64,000 nt of DNA from Macrostomum hystrix (taxonomy: Eukaryota; Animalia; Platyhelminthes), in assembly GCA_950097015.1 (NCBI GenBank), contig CATNEN010000033.1:2728001-2792000 (forward strand), written 5' to 3'. Shown in pieces: positions 41,792-54,900 of this stretch. Below the pieces are notes generated by a model, which saw only the letters and a list, made by a program, of their open reading frames with translations, did not search any database and had not been told where the DNA came from. Position numbers and translations under genes: made by a program. How positions within the stretch are numbered: the first letter of the stretch is position 1; every line of letters starts with the position of its first letter.

Positions 41792-42229
41792 ATAGGCATG
41801 TACATTAATAGGTCAGTGAAGAGTTAAAAGACATTGGCGGCACCGTGCCCGCCCACGCTCAGGCTATCAATGCGCCTGGCCGCGATAGACCGACGGCGCC
41901 ACAAGCCTAACTTGACTACTTTCAGTAGTTATTGTCAGACTGACTGCTGAGTTTAAATTGAAGACCATTAGGCGCCAAATAGGATAAAAAGCTTTTTGCA
42001 AAGGCCTGAAAATGGCACGTTTGTATTTCTTTACAGCAACGGGAAGCTATTAGGTGTTAGGCCACCGAGCAACAAATTAAGGAAAGATAAACAGTTTTCA
42101 AAGTTTCGATGACGACAATCGTCAACAAGGGAATACAAAGTCACAGGACAAGACATGTAGACTTTTCATTTTTATAAATCTTTACAAGCTTCCGTACTGA
42201 TCAGAGACTTTAGAGAAACATTGGATCTC

Positions 42230-42316
42230 CTGTCATGTCATGTCCTGTCCTGTCCTGTCCTGTCCTGTCCTGTCCTGTCCTGTCCTGTCCTGTCCTGTCC
42301 TGTCCTGTCCTGTCCT
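42230..42316. repeat. (TGTCC)n microsatellite
   Basis: Read directly. Confidence 0.95.
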
Positions 42317-42505
42317 GCAGGTAATGTCTTGTCCTTTTATATGAGATTCTATACTTCAGAATGCTTGGATGGGCCAAAAATTGCCACATCAATTTTTTTA
42401 AGCCGGCATTGTTGCAGTGTTTGAACTGGAGTGCGCGAGAGTTCACAAGCTGGCTGTTGTATCAATTATTTAGCTTGGCACTCACTGTGTTACTACAGAA
42501 GTAAA

Positions 42506-44587
42506 ATGCATCAACTGCGTCGTAAATTGAAATTGCTTTTCGCTGGAGCTTTGGGTTCAGTTTTTTGGCTTTTAAAATATGTTCAGGTGAGACGCCCCAC
42601 ATTAGAGACGGTGGATATGAGTTGGGCAGCTCACATGATTGACGCATGAGGGCTCTCTGACGCCGAGACAATAAATTTGTGCTCAGTTCAGCAAGGACAC
42701 AATCCCCTATTTGGACAGAGCTGATCACATTCTGCAAGTGAAATATGCAAAATCGCTTAGCGTTTAACCTTTTCCTGCTGCAGCTCATCATTTTTGTCTT
42801 GCAATATTCGTCTTTGAGGGCCTCTGCCCGGGATCAACGTAAGTCTCTTTGGCTTTTTTATGTTGGTCACTGAAGTGCCAGTCAATCAACAGTCGGACGG
42901 TAAACCGTTGGTCATAAAATTGTCTTGATCTGTTGTAGGGACTGTGGTCGGTTTGGGATCCCCTGCCTACAGTACTATTAAGTATAAGGTTGCGATTTCG
43001 GGGCCGGTTTTAACTGGCCCTGTAATCGTGTTTAGCCGACTGGGCCGACCCTCCGCCTGTCTGTGCGTGCGGCTCGCGCGTGTGCATCCCTGCCGCAAGG
43101 TGGGGTGCTGGGTGCCGGCCGGCAGGTGGGGTGGTTTGGTTGGGTGGCGGCGTCGGCCCCACTTTTATTTGTGCGCTCACGCTCTCTCGTGAGTGCTGCG
43201 TGAGCGCTCTGGCTCGTAAAATTTTTTATCCTTTTCTCCCTTGCTGGTCGGAACGCAGGATGACAGGATGTCTTCGATTTCGTTTATTTGTATGCAATAA
43301 CTTGAGCCTTCACAGTAAGAGACCGTCTTTGCCGATGGAATCTTAAAGTTCGCCGGAGCGAGCGCGGTTGCCCCCACGGGCAGATATTGACAAACAAATT
43401 GGGCAGCAAGGGGGGCAGACAGGGGAGGCGGTGCACAAACAGAGTCAAGCCACCAGCGCGCAGGGAGGGGTAGGGTTGTACTCGCTGCCCGGGTGGACGG
43501 GCAAAGCTACGCAGAGCTGATTGGCGGGAGGGGCAAAGCCACGCAGGGCTGGGGTAAGGGTTGACAGACAATGCCCGCGCCCAGCCAATCAGATGGCGGC
43601 ACAGGGCACCCTGAGCAGGGCCGGAGGGAGGAGGGAGAGAAGGGCGAGGCCAAGGCCGAGCCAAACAAACCGGCCTCAAACACGACGGCCTTGGCGAGCA
43701 GTCGACCTGAGAAACACAGGGACTACACAATCAGCCGTCGGAGGTTAACCCCGTTGGTCGTTGATTTGTTGTCACTGAAGTGCCAGTCAATCAGCCGTCG
43801 GACGGTAAACCGTTGGTCATAAAATTGTCTTGGTCTGTCATGCCTGCATTTACTAAAAAATGGGACCAAGCTCACGTCTCAAACATGAAATATTGCACGC
43901 CTGTCGCACTGTTTCAGCTTGCGTCGGCAATCAGCAGGTGTTTGTTAATCCCGATGAGGCGCCGGGATCGCTGGTGAGTCAGGAGGGATTCGACAGCGGC
44001 AACAATTATGGAAATAACATGAACTGCAGCTGGCTTCTCTCGGGTCCCAACTACAGCCGAATCGAAGCTTGGTTTGAATTCCTGGAACTGGAGGCCTGCT
44101 GCGACAAAGTGTACTTTTTTGACTCTGTATTCAACTTGGTTGCGGTGGTGAGCTCCAGCTGCAGGAACTGCAGCTCACTGCCAACCTTCACTCCTCCCCG
44201 AGCGAATCAGAGCAACTTCATGACAGTGCGCTTCACCACAGATTCCTCAGTACTAGCAAGAGGCTTTCGCATCCGCTACCGAGCCATCTTTGAGGGCGGC
44301 AACTTTGGCACGAGTGAGTCAGGAAAATGCGTATGCTGGCTTAGCTGATTTTAAAAAGGCACAAAATCCACCATTCAGCTTTCCAGTGGTTCTCATCATC
44401 ATCTTCTCCGTCTGTCAGCGATGTGACGGCCAAACTGTCAGCCCGCAGCGACATCGAGTGCGCCGCTCTCTGCACGGCAGCTGGTGCTACAGCTTGCCGG
44501 GCCAGTGAGTTCCAGGCCCACAGCGGCTCCTGCAGGCTGCTAGACGGACCATCGGGTGGAAGAATGCTAATTAGGCTCACGCCTTGA
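42506..44587 (+). CDS. Small secreted or signal-anchored protein with a CUB domain and a C-terminal PAN/apple-like domain, ~246 aa
   Basis: Exons 42506-42586, 42784-42838, 43918-44313 and 44379-44587 join in frame. Hydrophobic N-terminus (LLFAGALGSVFWLLKYVQLIIFVL). CUB motifs: C...NYGNNMNCSWLL, FLELEACCDKVYFFD, MTVRFTTDSSVLARGFRIRY. PAN-like ECAALC...AC.ASEF...SC.LL. Confidence 0.8.
42934..43727 (-). mobile_element. Probable solo LTR (794 bp) in intron 2 of the CUB-PAN gene
   Basis: Ends are TGTAG...CTACA (5-bp terminal inverted repeat). GC-rich interior with AATAAA on the minus strand and no ORF. No 4-6 bp TSD found. Confidence 0.55.
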
Positions 44588-45163
44588 GCACAGCTGTCGA
44601 CATTAATTATGCATGAGTTCGTCATGAAGGCACTAAATACGAAGCCACAACACTGCAGCTCTAAAACTGCACGCTAATTCAACATTTTACGAGTAGAGAA
44701 GGTTTACGCAATTGCTAAAAAATATTTTACTCATGAAATTGCCTTAAGCAAGCAATGCCAAGTACACACATTGCAGAATTGTTAAGTATAATACAATAGT
44801 AGCAAATTTCTTATTAAACTTTTATTCGATACAGACGTTTCTTTGTAACTTGCAGGCTAAGAAATGCCTCTACTGTAAACTTTTGCAAAAATATTTATAG
44901 TGAAACCAACATAAAGCTAAGGAATAGCCAGACCGCCAGAAGACCACTATAAGTCTTCTAGTGGTCCTTGCATAAAGCATGTGCTATTGCGGACGATTTC
45001 AGAATACACTATTTGCGGCGAAAAACAATATATTGGAGTTTTTCCGTTGAAATGGTGCAGCGCAGAAGTTTGTGTTATTGATGTTAAACCTTTCGTTATA
45101 TTTTTTGTTTTACCTGTCCTTTAACAGTTTAAAACTTTTCTTTCTAAGAATAAATCTTATCCT

Positions 45164-45404
45164 ACTGGTAGTTTCGGAGATAATCACCTGTACGTGGTGC
45201 TCGCCATCTCTGTAATGTATTTCAATAGGCTCCATTGATATTCGCAGGAGAGACACTTTGGCTTGATCCAGACTGCTCACACTTTATATTCTCCATACAG
45301 CAACCGAGATATGAGACCGTGTCAAATTTCTACCAAATTGGACTGGTAGTTTCGGAGATAATCACCTGTACGTGGTGCTCGCCATCTCTGTGATGTATTT
45401 CAAT
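45164..45404 (-). repeat. Inverted copy (~1.3 units) of the 178-bp satellite
   Basis: Reverse complement of the 46327-47617 unit. Confidence 0.95.
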
Positions 45405-45559
45405 TCGTTACTTTTAATCGCTACTTTCAGTATTTCGCATATTTTTTTCTATAAGTATGCTTTAGATATACCTAAAATATGCATAAATATACCATAAATA
45501 TGATATGTACGAAAAATATCAGGTAGCGGTAACAGGAAAATGAAAATGCACACTTTTGG

Positions 45560-45678
45560 TAACGACTCGTTACTATCATTTTCGTTTCCAGACCATGGTA
45601 ACGGGAAAAAGTAACGATTCAAAAAGTAACGATTTTTACCAATTTGGTAACTAGTAACGAGTAACGCGCCCAACACTG
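45560..45678 (-). mobile_element. Single end of a hAT-like MITE
   Basis: Terminates in CCCAACACTG (CAGTGTTGGG on the minus strand) with several subterminal GTAAC motifs. The partner end was not found. Confidence 0.4.
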
Positions 45679-46326
45679 ATTGTTGTAGAGCGGTTTTAAG
45701 GATGTCTGCAAACCTGACTGGGGGATAATTTGCAAACTTCAGCAGGGATTTTTTTATTATTGAAGGTTTTTGGATGTGACTGTCCCGAATGTGGCACAAC
45801 ATTGCTAGTCACGTCTAAAATCGGAATGGATTGCTATTTCAGTGTTGCAGAACAATCCATTTTACACAGGCTGGGGCTCAAAAATAGCAAATTAACTAGT
45901 AAGAATACTTGCATATGTAACACTATACATATGTTCTGTAAGTTTGACTTCAGTATCTCGTGAATTGTCTCTACGAGCCGAACATGCTAAAACATGTGTT
46001 GCAGACAAATTCAGCAGATCGGTAACTGTCTGATGCCGAAATGGAGCCAACCGTAGCGCAGATCTCGTGATACCAATAAAGGCAGGATGGACATTCGATC
46101 TGAGCAACATTAAATATAATTAATTGGGGTATGCAGTGATTTGTATTTCTGTAAAACATTTAATTGCCCAAACTTTAAAATTTAGTCGTAATCTATGTAT
46201 TTTACTCGTACCGTCATACAAAATAAACTGTCAAAAGAGTCGCCTACCCAGTTGACTGTTCTGCCTTTTGCTTGTCTGGCATCTCTCTGGCCACACGTGC
46301 TGCAGTTGCTTTGATCAGCATCAACT

Positions 46327-47617
46327 GACACGGTCTCATATCTCGGTTGCTGTATGGAGAATATAAAGTGTGAGCAGTGTGGATTAAGCCAAAGTGTCTC
46401 TCCTGCGAATATCAATGGAGCCTATTGAAATACATTACAGAGATGGCGAGCACCACGTACAGGTGATTATCTCCGAAACTACCAGTCCAATTTGGTAGAA
46501 ATTTGACACCGTATCATATCTCGGTTGCTGTATGGAGAATATAAAGTGTGAGCAGTGTGGATTAAACCAAAGTGTCTCTCCTGCGAATATCAATGGAGCC
46601 TATTGAAATACATTACAGAGATGGCGAGCACCACGTACAGGTGATTATCTCCGAAACTACCAGTCCAATTTGGTAGAAATTTGACACGGTCTCATATCTC
46701 GGTTGCTGTATGGAGAATATAAAGTGTGAGCAGTGTGGATTAAACCAAAGTGTCTCTCCTGCGAATATCAATGGAGCCTATTGAAATACATTACAGAGAT
46801 GGCGAGCACCACGTACAGGTGATTATCTCCGAAACTACCAGTCCAATTTGGTAGAAATTTGACACGGTATCATATCTCGGTTGCTGTATGGAGAATATAA
46901 AGTGTGAGCAGTGTGGATTAAGCTAAAGTGTCTCTCCTGCGAATATCAATGGAGCCTATTGAAATACATTACAGAGATGGCGAGCACCACGTACAGGTGA
47001 TTATCTCCGAAACTACCAGTCCAATTTGGTAGAAATTTGACACGGTCTCATATCTCGGTTGCTGTATGGAGAATATAAAGTGTGAGCAGTGTGGATTAAG
47101 CCAAAGTGTCTCTCCTGCGAATATCAATGGAGCCTATTGAAATACATTACAGAGATGGCGAGCACCACGTACAGGTGATTATCTCCGAAACTACCTGTCC
47201 AATTTGGTAGAAATTTGACACGGTATCATATCTCGGTTGCTGTATGGAGAATATAAAGTGTGAGCAGTGTGGATTAAGCCAAAGTGTCTCTCCTGCGAAT
47301 ATCAATGGAGCCTATTGAAATACATTACAGAGATGGCGAGCACCACGTACAGGTGATTATCTCCGAAACTACCAGTCCAATTTGGTAGAAATTTGACACG
47401 GTATCATATCTCGGTTGCTGTATGGAGAATATAAAGTGTGAGCAGTGTGGATTAAGCCAAAGTGTCTCTCCTGCGAATATCAATGGAGCCTATTGAAATA
47501 CATTACAGAGATGGCGAGCACCACGTACAGGTGATTATCTCCGAAACTACCAGTCCAATTTGGTAGAAATTTGACACGGTCTCATATCTCGGTTGCTGTA
47601 TGGAGAATATAAAGTGT
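46327..47617 (+). repeat. 178-bp satellite, 7.25 near-identical copies
   Basis: Units start at 46327, 46505, 46683, 46861, 47039, 47217, 47395 and 47573. Confidence 0.97.
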
Positions 47618-48173
47618 CGACACTCCGAGTTTGTTTAATTTTATAGAATTTTGATTCATCGAATATCAATCTGAATATCCATCGGGAAACCATTACATAT
47701 ATACATATATACTATGAAAATACGATAGTGGAGACATGATTGAATTCCCTTGTTTCGATGCGGAGTTTTGATAATAGAATACAATATAATTTTTACTAAT
47801 GACCAGTATTCACCAAGGGTTTTTAAATGTTTATTGAAGCAGTTAGTTAATTATAGAGACAGTTGCTTACATGGTTACTCTGGCTCTGACCTAGTCTGAT
47901 ATATTTTGTGTCCCATAACTAAATGAAAGGGGATGAAGGACATCTTCAGCAGGCTGATATTCTGTTCTGTTTCTGTCTAGTGTATTTTATTGCTGACTGG
48001 ACCTAGTCCTAATGTAGCTTGTCAATGTCAAGAATATATAATATTTTATCTAGCTAGCTATGTAATTTGGATTGCTACTAGAAGAAAAACTCGACATAGA
48101 AAAAGTAAAAAAAAAGTCTAGAAAAACTTTATGCCCATGGCCAATCTGAAAATTTAGTGTTGTAAGTCAACAT

Positions 48174-48349
48174 CAGTGGCGTAGCTAGGGGGGATATGGG
48201 GATATATCCCCCCAAGCGGCAGGAAAATTGTTGGAGAGTTGAAAAGGGGGAGCATTACCATTAAAACACAGTCCACTTTTTTAATTGTTTGTTCACTTTT
48301 TTCACTTATCCCAATATCCCCCCATAGAAAATTCCTAGCTATGCCACTG
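48174..48349. mobile_element. hAT-type MITE (176 bp)
   Basis: TIRs CAGTGGCGTAGCTAG / CTAGCTATGCCACTG with a perfect 8-bp TSD GTCAACAT (48166-48173 and 48350-48357). Confidence 0.92.
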
Positions 48350-49711
48350 GTCAACATTCAGCAATATTGTTTGTAATTGCTTGTGTCTATTCTACAGATT
48401 TCATGAATTGCTAGCTGGCTTTTTTAATTCCTGAGCCTATCTATAGCTTTCTGCATTTCATAGAACTTTGTTATGATGTTATAGCAATATTCTTGAAGAT
48501 TAACAAGCTAAATAATTTCCTTAAAAAGCATCACCTGATTAACAGTAGAACTACCAAGCCATTATACTAGGTGCTAGTCATTTTGTCAACTGCCATTTCA
48601 TCAAATAGGTTGATGAAATGCTGTATTTGCTATACTAAGATAGACACTGGGCAACTCGACACCGGAGATCTGTATCATAGACTTCAAAGCTGCTGCTTGG
48701 CAAGCTCTGTGGGTCATGTTTCCAAATCCATATTATTTGCCGGCTTTATTTCATAAAGTCCAGCATCTGGGCCTCCAGCGGACTTACCTGACAGATATTT
48801 GCACCTGTAGCTTCCGCATGCTGATGGCACTGCCAGCCAGCCAAACACATAAGTAAAGGCCTAACACAGGTCCTTGCTGGTATATGTGCACCGCTTCTGT
48901 TGGACTTGGCAAAGTATGTTCAACAAAACATGGTTGTCAAATTGGGTCCACAGATTGCAGGAGGTCAGCATCTTTGGTCAGTCCATTTGGACAATGAGGT
49001 GGAGAGCTGACATGCGTCTACATCTTTGTGTTTTTCTTTGGTTTTTATAATTTCATTCTTATCAAAAATTAAGCCAAAAAAATAGTGCAGTATGTGTTGC
49101 ATCCTTATAGCAGTATAACTCTGCCATTGTCTGGTCCCAAGCCCAGAATGAGAAAGGTGAGAGGGTAGGGCCTACTGCTAAAAATTACAAGCACTTAAGA
49201 GACTGATCAGTACTTTAAAACAATGATTAGTTAAGTAGTTATTCCATCTGTTCCATGTATCCATGTATATCTAGTTGTGCAAATCGTGATCGTGATTGTG
49301 ATAGTAAATCACAAGTTAGATTGTGTGATGTATGTATACGTGTACACTTGTGCAAGAAAAATTTGGCAGATTGTATCCTACTCTACTCTCATTGGATCTG
49401 CCACCTAATTAGACAATTACCTTTATATTGCTTCCACTGGAATTAGTCTGCTAAGGGCATTAGTTGATGAAATGACCAATTCTATGGGTTTCCCATTTGG
49501 CTAGTTGATGATGTGGCAGTTGACAAAATGACTAGGATCCATTATAACAATGGGGGAAACCCCACAGAAAATTTTTGGCAGTGCCTGAATATCAACAGCA
49601 TTGGGTGGTGACTATTGGTTGACAGACAAGGTGATGGTATACACTGTGGTTGAGCTACTCCTAATATTTAGGCTTGATCAGTGAAATTTGTGTCAAGGTT
49701 TCCATAGTGCT

Positions 49712-49990
49712 CATACATGCGCAACACCCGGCCGACCCGGCCGGACCGGCCGGGTGAAACGAGGGCCAAGCAAGGTAAGTCGCAAAAACCAATCGACCAA
49801 GCGCAAAAAAATCAAAGGGGGGACCAAGAGACAAAAAAGGAAGGCGTGAAGAAAAGGAAAAAGGGGAGAGAAAAAGAGCAAATGAGAGCAAACTAAGTCG
49901 TAAATAGAGCAATGAAACGAACTAAGTCGCAAATGAGAGCAAAAACTAAGTCGCACGGCCGGCTAAGATTTGGGAGGTTGCGCATGTATG
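49712..49990. mobile_element. hAT-type MITE (279 bp)
   Basis: TIRs CATACATGCGCAAC / GTTGCGCATGTATG with a perfect 8-bp TSD ATAGTGCT (49704-49711 and 49991-49998). Confidence 0.92.
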
Positions 49991-50623
49991 ATAGTGCTAT
50001 AAGTGGCCTAGTTCTACATAATGTAAACCCTTGAATGTCTCATTAGTCCCTCCAGATGAAGGTAAATGACCACTAAAGACAGATAATGTAGGAACATTTG
50101 GCTAAAATGCTCATACATATTGAAGGCTGAGAAATGAGAAAAAAAAAACCTTTAGCCAGCACCATTAAATATATTCATGGTCTAAAGAGCTGGTGACTTG
50201 ATTGGCCCATGCTCTTTAGTTTCATGTGCTTGTGTTGCTCTGTTCAGTTGCAGCACAATAAATTATCTGGGGGGAATTCCCTCCTTGGTAGTTCTACTGT
50301 TAAATGAACCACCATATTCTTTTGCATAGCTATTGCATATTCCTCTAATATTGACCTTCAAATGGAGCTAACATGTGTGTACCTATTACACCCGTGATCT
50401 TATTGAATACTACAAAATCAATTTATAGCTAGTCTCCTACAGTCACTTATCACAGAATAGGACTTGGGGTTAGCCTAAATTTGCATGTTTCCTTAAATTA
50501 TTAGGCAATTGTAGAGTAAGATTAAAGCAATAAGTTGCAGGTAACTAGATTGCTAGCTATAGTAGATTAGACTTTCACTAAACTATTTTTGGTAATATGC
50601 CCAGCTTAATTTTTTTCAGGCAA

Positions 50624-50969
50624 TCTAATTCTAATATACTAAAAATGAAAATCTTGCTTGCTTGCTTGCTTGCTTGTTTGCAATCGACTAGCTCCCGAAC
50701 GGCTCAACCGATTTTCGCAATTCCTTCGCCAAAAGATCACAAATGGGCCCGAATCGGTACACGTATTTTTATTAAGCTTAATTTCATTGCCAAGGGGATT
50801 AAATATTCGAAAAACTGTTTTAAATGGGCTTTTCTAATGCATTCTTGTTTTCAGCTTGTGCACAGTGAGGCTCCAGTGCCAACTTTAATGATTGCATCAG
50901 AGCCAGTTTTGATAACGCACTGATAAGAACTCAATGGAGGCTACCCAGAGGGTAGCGAAGGGCAGCTAG
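50624..50969 (+). mobile_element. Non-autonomous Helitron-like element (346 bp) with an internal (GCTT)n
   Basis: Inserted between A and T. 5' end TCTAATTCTAATATACTAAAAAT; 3' hairpin GCTACCC-AGA-GGGTAGC followed by CTAG; no TSD. Confidence 0.8.
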
Positions 50970-51950
50970 TAGTTTATACTAAAATTAAAACACTATAGCT
51001 TTAATACTTTTATTTTTGGATATCTTTGTTGCTTATCAAATGTTAATCAGTGTAGGGTTTCACAACTGTAAAAAACAAATATTTAAAGTATGATCTTTAT
51101 AAAAACAAGGCTAATGGCCTATTTGCCTATTAATATTACTATTAGCATGAGAGGTTTTCAGGCGAACTGCAGCACTTCACATTAAAAAAATGAATCCCCA
51201 GGGTAACAATATCACTATATGATTTTTCTACTAGCTAATTCAGAATAAAGTCAGTTGACTGTCTTCTAATGTATTTTGCTACAATAATTTTATCGATAAA
51301 TCTATAAGAGTGGGTGCAAAAAATTATATATAAGTGTAGAAAAAGGTCAAAATGAAAAGTGAAAATTAATACATTGTGAATCTTGTGTTGAAAAACAGTC
51401 ACAAACATAAGGACCAGAAAAGAAATGCAAGTATCAAAGTGCAAATTAACAGAAGTCTTCTCCATTTGCTACATGGTTTCTTTTAGCTGGTAATTTCATC
51501 ATCAGCTTTTCATCTTGCTTTTTTCATAGTTGCTTTTCGCACCAACAGGCCATAGCAAGTGTATCTAATTGGTCAACTTCATTGTACCCCGTCTAGTCTG
51601 GCCTCACACTGCTAGCTACCTGTGTAACCGTTTCGAGTCTCTCTTTTTATACTTTTCCGTTGCTACCAACGACTTGAGAGCAACCGAGCCAACACGGAAA
51701 CTGATACCAGTAACACCAACCCAGCCGCCTCCGCCGTGATTCCAGTTCCAACAGGAAACACTGCGCATTCAACACTGCAGGCCGCACTCTTGCACTAAAA
51801 AATGCATAAATCTATTGGCTAATGCCTAGCTTTAGTTTATGTATACATTGCGAACATGCAATGAAATCAGCAGAGCCCCAGCAACAGACAATTTGTTAAA
51901 CAAGCTGTTGCAGTTCTATAATTATACGAGTTGCGCCACTGGAATCTTCG

Positions 51951-54900
51951 ATGCCAATTCTGTCCGCAGTGGCCGCCCCTCTGCCGCAGACGCAGTCGCC
52001 TCAGATGAACATTGGCGGCGTTGACGTCATCACCAGTCTAAGCGTCATGTCGCAACAGCCGCCCTTGAAGCCGGCGAAGGGTGATCACGTAACTGCTTTC
52101 GCCCAGAGTCTGCAGCAGCAGCAGCAGGCTGCATCGGCAGGCAGCGGTCGGAGTGTCAGTCAGCAGTGCAACAGCCGATGCCGCAGCGAAGAGAATCTCT
52201 GCCTCATCCGCGACAGCCGGGCGAGGCTGTTCGCCAGACGGCGGCCGCCGGCTAAGTCACGACAGTCCGCCGGCCCGCCAGTGGTCTCCACGCCTTCGGC
52301 TCCAAAAGCCGCTCCGATCGGCCCGGTGTCGATGGTGGCCTGCGGATACGGCGGCGGCGACTCTGTGTACGAGTCTATGATCACCGCTACTCATGTGAGC
52401 ATTGCTTAGTTCCCGGGTCTAAATCATTCTGTTGATTGAGCTTTTCGCTCGTCAAATCGTTAGTGCTATCGCCTGATATCCACTGAATTATCTCCTCCTA
52501 AATCCACTGGATTATCTCCTCCTACATGCACTGGATTATCTCCTCCTAAATCCACTGGATTTTCTCCTCCAAAATCCACTGGATTATCTCCTCCTAAATC
52601 CACTGGATTATCATCATACATTCGCTGGATTATCGCCTGATTTCCACAGTATCATCTCCTCCCAAATCCACTAGATTATCTCGTCCTAAATCTACAGTAT
52701 TTTCACCTGCCTCCTCCGACTCCATTGACTAAATATCTACAATTTCACTGTTCCGCTGCAGAGGCAACACTGATGACATGACGAGGCACTTGCCTATTGA
52801 AACAAAGGTTTAGCTGTTGGTCGCCTTGTCTGAAATCGAGTCATTGAATTTCCGTTTTTAGTGTCGGCCACCCGAGAATGTCTATGACGTTGCCGGGCCC
52901 ACACAGCATCGGCGCACCGCCTCCATCCAGGACCTGACCGGCGGCGGCTGCGTTGCCACCATCGCCGCTGACGGTGGCGGCGAGTACGCCACGGTGAGCG
53001 TCAGCCAGCACGGCTCCGCAACAGCGGCCATCCCGGACCGGCGCCCCCTGCCGCAGGCGATGACTTCCACGAATATCGGCGGACCGCCGGTCTCTACCGA
53101 CGTCTGGCGTCGCGACGTCCTAGATTGCGTTGCGGACGCATTCTCCGGCTTTCGACGATTGTCCGCAGCTGCCACCGGCGGTCTCGGCGGCCTCGCCGGA
53201 TCGTCGATGATCGCCGACTCGGACGGCGAGGATGAAGACGAACGCTCGGCTGGGTCCGGCAGCCTCGGCAGCCTGGGCGGCTCCGAGCTGTCCGAGCGAA
53301 TCCGCCGGGCCGAGTTGATCCGCCTGCGGAGCGCCGCCGCGCTGCACTCCGGCCTCCTCGCCCAGCGCTGCCGGCACGATCAGCTGTTCTCCGGCTGCTG
53401 CCTGATCCGCCTTCAACTGCCTGCCACTGCGCCGCAGCCGCCGTCTATCGACACTAAACAGTGGCTGAGTCTGGCCTTCTGCCACCCCGCCAGCTTCTCG
53501 GCCCAGCCGTACAGCGACTCGCTGCCCAGCTTCTGCTTCCCGGACGCAGAGTGTATGGCCAGCCGGCGACTGCGTCCCGGCGGCCTCCACCAGCTGCGGT
53601 CCTACCTGGACGCCTGCGACCGGTTCAGCTTCGTCATCACCGAGCAGCGAGGCCTGCGTTTCTACGGCTACTGCATGCGCTCCCTGGCGCCCGAGCCGAA
53701 CGCTGCCTCATCCATCGCGGCCACCGGCACCGCGGTCGAGGCCGTCTGCATCGTGTCCCCGGTGGAATCCGAGCAGCTGTTCCATCAGATCCTGCTTGAG
53801 GCCCTGCGCAAACGACTGTGCGCGGGCACGCCAGAACAGGGTCGGCAAGAGCTGGAAGACTTCCTTGGTGAGAAGCGGAGGCCAAGCGATTGGTTAATTG
53901 CCTCATTGTTCCCGCCTTTTAAATTATCCTATTATCCATTTTTGAGCTGTCCCATTTTTATTACCAAATTTCATCAGTTATTTAACCCATCCAACCTGTT
54001 TGTTATCCTATCTCACCTGTCTGTTATCCTATCTCACCTGTCTGTTATCCTATCTCACCTGTCTGTTATCCTATCTCACTTGTCTGTTATCCTATCTCAC
54101 CTGTCTGTTATCCTATCTCACCTGTCTGTTATCCTATCTCACCTGTCTGTTATCCTATCTCACTTGTCTGTTATCCTATCTCATTTGTCTGATATCATAT
54201 CTCACCTGTCTGTTATCCTATGTCACCTGTCTGTTATCCTATCTCACCTGTCTGTTATCCTATCTCACCAGTCAATTATCCCAATCATCCTGTGCAGTCT
54301 CGGTGTACAGCAGGCCGCTGCCAGACGCCGGCGGCTGGTTCGACCTGGTCACAACGGACCCCGGCCGTGGCGGCCAGGTGGTCACTCGGCGATTTAGCCG
54401 GCCTGCTGGTGCCCGCCTGCAGCACGTCTCGCACTCGCAGCTGCTGACCTTCCCGGGCGCCCGGCTGGCCGTGCAGCTTTTCGCGGCGGCCCTGCACGAG
54501 CGCCAGATCGCTCTGGTCAGCGCCAACCCGCGCCGGCTCAGCGAGTGCGTCCAGGCCCTGGCCGGCCTGCTCTATCCGCTGCGCTGGCAGCACACCCTGG
54601 TTCCCGTTGTGCCGGCCGATATGTTGCGCATCGTCTGCTCGCCTACGCCGTTCATACTGGGCGTCCTGACTGAGCACCTGCCACAGGTCAGTAGAGATTC
54701 CAATCGTGTATATCTAAATTTAGACAAATCCCCATCCCCACCTAAGGAGATCTTAGGCAAATCTCCCGTTTTCCAAATCCTTATCTTACATGTCCAAATT
54801 TCAAATCCCATCTTGCATCTCACGATCACCAAATCCCTGGATAAAAACTCTAAATTTAAAGTGTAGATTCTCCTAATTTTCTAATTGCCCTCCTGTGTCG

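Noticed and set aside
52762-52806. Micro-exon in the DENN gene (GCAG|AGGC...AAAG|GTTT)
   Set aside because: Its phase is incompatible with the phase-0 donor at 52394, and frame 0 contains TGA.
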